This document shows positions 33,214-35,561 of a stretch of DNA of 35,561 nt, piece after piece. The translations under genes were made by a program, and so were the position numbers. The stretch lies in contig PFEG01000041.1 in the NCBI GenBank assembly GCA_002793885.1, forward strand, positions 1-35,561, given 5' to 3'. How positions within the stretch are numbered: the stretch's first letter is position 1; each line of letters begins with the position of its first letter. The notes under the pieces were generated by a model. That model did not search any database, had not been told where the DNA came from, and saw nothing but the letters and a program-made list of their open reading frames with translations. This DNA comes from Candidatus Saccharibacteria bacterium CG10_big_fil_rev_8_21_14_0_10_47_8 (lineage in GTDB: Bacteria; Patescibacteriota; Saccharimonadia; Saccharimonadales; UBA10212).

Positions 33214-35550
33214 ATGAACACAAAGATTGATGCCGAACATAACATTCCTACGATATTGGTTGTATTCGGTGCAACTGGCGATCTGATGGCGCGCAAGCTG
33301 GCACCAGCATTGTTAAAACTATATGAGCGGAATCTCTGCCCTGATAAGTTCGCAGTCGTAGGCTTTGCCAGGCGCGACTTGGGTGACGAAGGCTTTCGCG
33401 CCCATGTAGATAAAACCCTGAGGGCGTACCCTGCTAAGCCAGGAACATACGATAAATTTCAGCAAATTCTAAACTACCTTCGTGGTGATTTTAACGAAGC
33501 AGATGCCTATAAAAAGCTTAGCCAAAAGCTAAAGTCTATTGACGACCAGTGGGGCGTCTGTACCAATAAGCTGTTTTATCTGGCTGTGCCACCGGAGAAT
33601 TACGAATCAATCTTTACGAATTTAGCTAAATCAGGACTAACTGAGCCATGCGGAGGCGATGACGGTTGGACCAGAGTTTTAGTTGAAAAACCCTTCGGCA
33701 AGGACCTTGACCAGGCAATCAAGCTAGATAAGCTGCTCGGAACATTGTTCGAGGAAGAGCAAATCTATCGGATCGATCATTACCTGGCAAAAGAGGCCAT
33801 TCAGAACATCCTGGCCTTCCGATTCGCTAATAATTTCCTTGAAGCATCATGGGATAGTAGTGGCATTGAGAAAATTGAGATCAAATTGCTGGAAGCTATT
33901 GATATTGAAGGCCGTGGCGGGTTTTATGACAGCGTCGGCGCACTGCTGGATGTAGGCCAAAATCACCTTCTGCAAATGCTAGCGCTGGTGACAATGGATA
34001 ATCCTATTGATTTAACGTCTGATCATATCCGTGACAAGCGAGCGGAGATTATCGAATCTATTGAGCCTATCAAAGACCCATTGGCCAACACTTCCCGGGC
34101 TCAATATGCGGGATATACTTCTGAAGACAACGTTGATTCTAACTCTGTCACGGAAACGTATTTTAAAATCCAAACTAGCCTTAAGCACCCCTCGTGGCAA
34201 GGCGTCCCGATCATACTGGAAGCTGGTAAAAAGTTGCCTAAAGCCGACAAGCAGATAATCATCACCTATCGGCATCCTTCGCCTTGTCTCTGCCCGGGTG
34301 ATGTTCATTACAAGAATCAGCTGTACGTCCACATTCAGCCCGATCCGGGCATCGCGATTAGGTTCTGGTCAAGGAAGCCAGGAACCAAGGATGAGCTGGA
34401 GGAGCAGTGGTTAAAATTTGATTACCCTCTGGGCGAGACGGCTCGCTACACAGAAGAGTATACCCAGTTACTACTTGACGCCATTGCTGGCGATCAAACC
34501 TTGTTTGTCTCCAGCCGCGAAACCATGGCCAGTTGGCGTTTTATTGACCCAATTGAACGGTCCTGGCGAGCTAGCGCCGAGAACCTGTTGCGCTATTCCA
34601 GCGACAAGCCTTTGCCGGACGTACAGCCGGAACACTCAACTCTAGATATAAAGAAGGAGATCGGTGTCGTGGGCTTAGGCAAGATGGGCTATAACCTAGG
34701 CCTTCGACTTAGCGAAAAGGGCTGGAAGGTGCTGGGATTTGACACCAAGCCACCAACCCAAAACCAATTGCTCACAGTAGCTTCCTACCAGGAACTGGTT
34801 CGCAAACTGAGAGGACCACGACTGATTTGGCTAATGGTACCTTCAACTGTTGTTGACGATGCATTATTTGGCAAAGATGGATTGAGTGATATTTTGGAGC
34901 CGGGCGATATCATCATCGACGGTGGCAATTCTCACTATAAAGAATCGCAAAAAAGAGCCAAAAAATTGGCAACCAGTGGTATCGAGTTTATTGATGTCGG
35001 AGTTTCTGGCGGACCAAATGGTGCCAGAACCGGCGCATCGCTAATGATTGGTGGAAAACAAGAATTGTTTGAACAGTGGGAGCCGCTATTTGCTGATTTA
35101 AGCGTTGAAAATGGCTACAAATTCTTCGCGGGATCGGGTGCCGGTCATTTCGTTAAAATGATCCATAATGGGATAGAGTACGGCATGATGCAGGCCATCG
35201 CTGAGGGATTTACAGTGCTTAAAACAGCCAAGTTTGACCTCAAATTGGTGGATATTGCTAGTATCTACAACCACGGCAGTGTAATTGAATCCCGCTTGAT
35301 AGCCTGGCTGGAACAAGCATTCAGAGTTCATGGGGAAGGACTCGACACGGTCAGCGGCAGTGTTGGCCATACTGGCGAAGGTGAATGGACTATAGGGGCC
35401 GCCAAGCAATTTGGTATCAAAGCTAAATTCATAGAAGAAGCTCTAAATTTCCGCAAGGCCTCTGAATCTAATCCTAGTTACACCGGACAGATACTTTCGG
35501 CTATGCGTGAGCAGTTCGGAGGCCATACGGTTAAAGTGAGCAAAAAATAA
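33214..35550 (+). CDS. Glucose-6-phosphate dehydrogenase (Zwf) fused to short-type 6-phosphogluconate dehydrogenase (Gnd)
   Basis: GATGDL, EKPFG, RIDHYLAKE, QNHLLQ (G6PD); then GLGKMG, IDGGNS, VSGG, GHFVKMIHNGIEYG, GEGEWT, REQFGGH (6PGD), all in one ORF. Confidence 0.92.
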   Translation: MNTKIDAEHNIPTILVVFGATGDLMARKLAPALLKLYERNLCPDKFAVVGFARRDLGDEGFRAHVDKTLRAYPAKPGTYDKFQQILNYLRGDFNEADAYKKLSQKLKSIDDQWGVCTNKLFYLAVPPENYESIFTNLAKSGLTEPCGGDDGWTRVLVEKPFGKDLDQAIKLDKLLGTLFEEEQIYRIDHYLAKEAIQNILAFRFANNFLEASWDSSGIEKIEIKLLEAIDIEGRGGFYDSVGALLDVGQNHLLQMLALVTMDNPIDLTSDHIRDKRAEIIESIEPIKDPLANTSRAQYAGYTSEDNVDSNSVTETYFKIQTSLKHPSWQGVPIILEAGKKLPKADKQIIITYRHPSPCLCPGDVHYKNQLYVHIQPDPGIAIRFWSRKPGTKDELEEQWLKFDYPLGETARYTEEYTQLLLDAIAGDQTLFVSSRETMASWRFIDPIERSWRASAENLLRYSSDKPLPDVQPEHSTLDIKKEIGVVGLGKMGYNLGLRLSEKGWKVLGFDTKPPTQNQLLTVASYQELVRKLRGPRLIWLMVPSTVVDDALFGKDGLSDILEPGDIIIDGGNSHYKESQKRAKKLATSGIEFIDVGVSGGPNGARTGASLMIGGKQELFEQWEPLFADLSVENGYKFFAGSGAGHFVKMIHNGIEYGMMQAIAEGFTVLKTAKFDLKLVDIASIYNHGSVIESRLIAWLEQAFRVHGEGLDTVSGSVGHTGEGEWTIGAAKQFGIKAKFIEEALNFRKASESNPSYTGQILSAMREQFGGHTVKVSKK

Positions 35551-35561
35551 TGAATACTATA

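Noticed and set aside
150..35409. Many 60-140 aa antisense or alternate-frame ORFs in the track (e.g. 7898-8287, 14313-14720, 17632-18015, 31778-32197)
   Set aside because: They are shadows of well-supported genes and have no motifs or translation signals.

Overview
Bacterial genomic DNA using genetic code 11 (TGA is a stop). Gene style and order point to a Patescibacteria/CPR organism, most likely Saccharibacteria; this is an inference. The window has three zones. (1) About 130-4895 is a visibly AT-richer accessory block: a divergent tyrosyl-tRNA synthetase paralog, a 171-aa protein that looks like a stripped-down class Ic aaRS catalytic domain, an alpha/beta hydrolase, a SAM halogenase/hydrolase (SalL/FlA/DUF62) family protein with non-canonical catalytic residues, an NDK-like protein and an SRA-like/HNH nuclease. 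This is the best candidate for an undescribed system. (2) About 5000-27860 is a mostly core block: secE-nusG-rplK-(orf)-rplA, dcd, tmk fused to a degenerate ThyX, rplJ-rplL with L1 and L10 leaders, dnaX-dnaB-GT-ybaB-recR-DHH-cysS, AI-2E transporter, two GT4s, a hydrolase and tRNA-Gln. It also holds a 134-bp MITE-like element with a 9-bp target duplication, a three-way-junction RNA before dnaX, and two heptamer-periodic intergenic elements. (3) About 27870-35550, after a tRNA remnant, is a thiol-redox module probably controlled by ArsR through a duplicated 19-bp operator: DsbA, a CxxC membrane protein, ArsR, Grx, two DUF427 proteins, Trx, a CcdA-DUF3179 fusion and a Zwf-Gnd fusion. All family calls come from motif recognition by eye; no searches were run.
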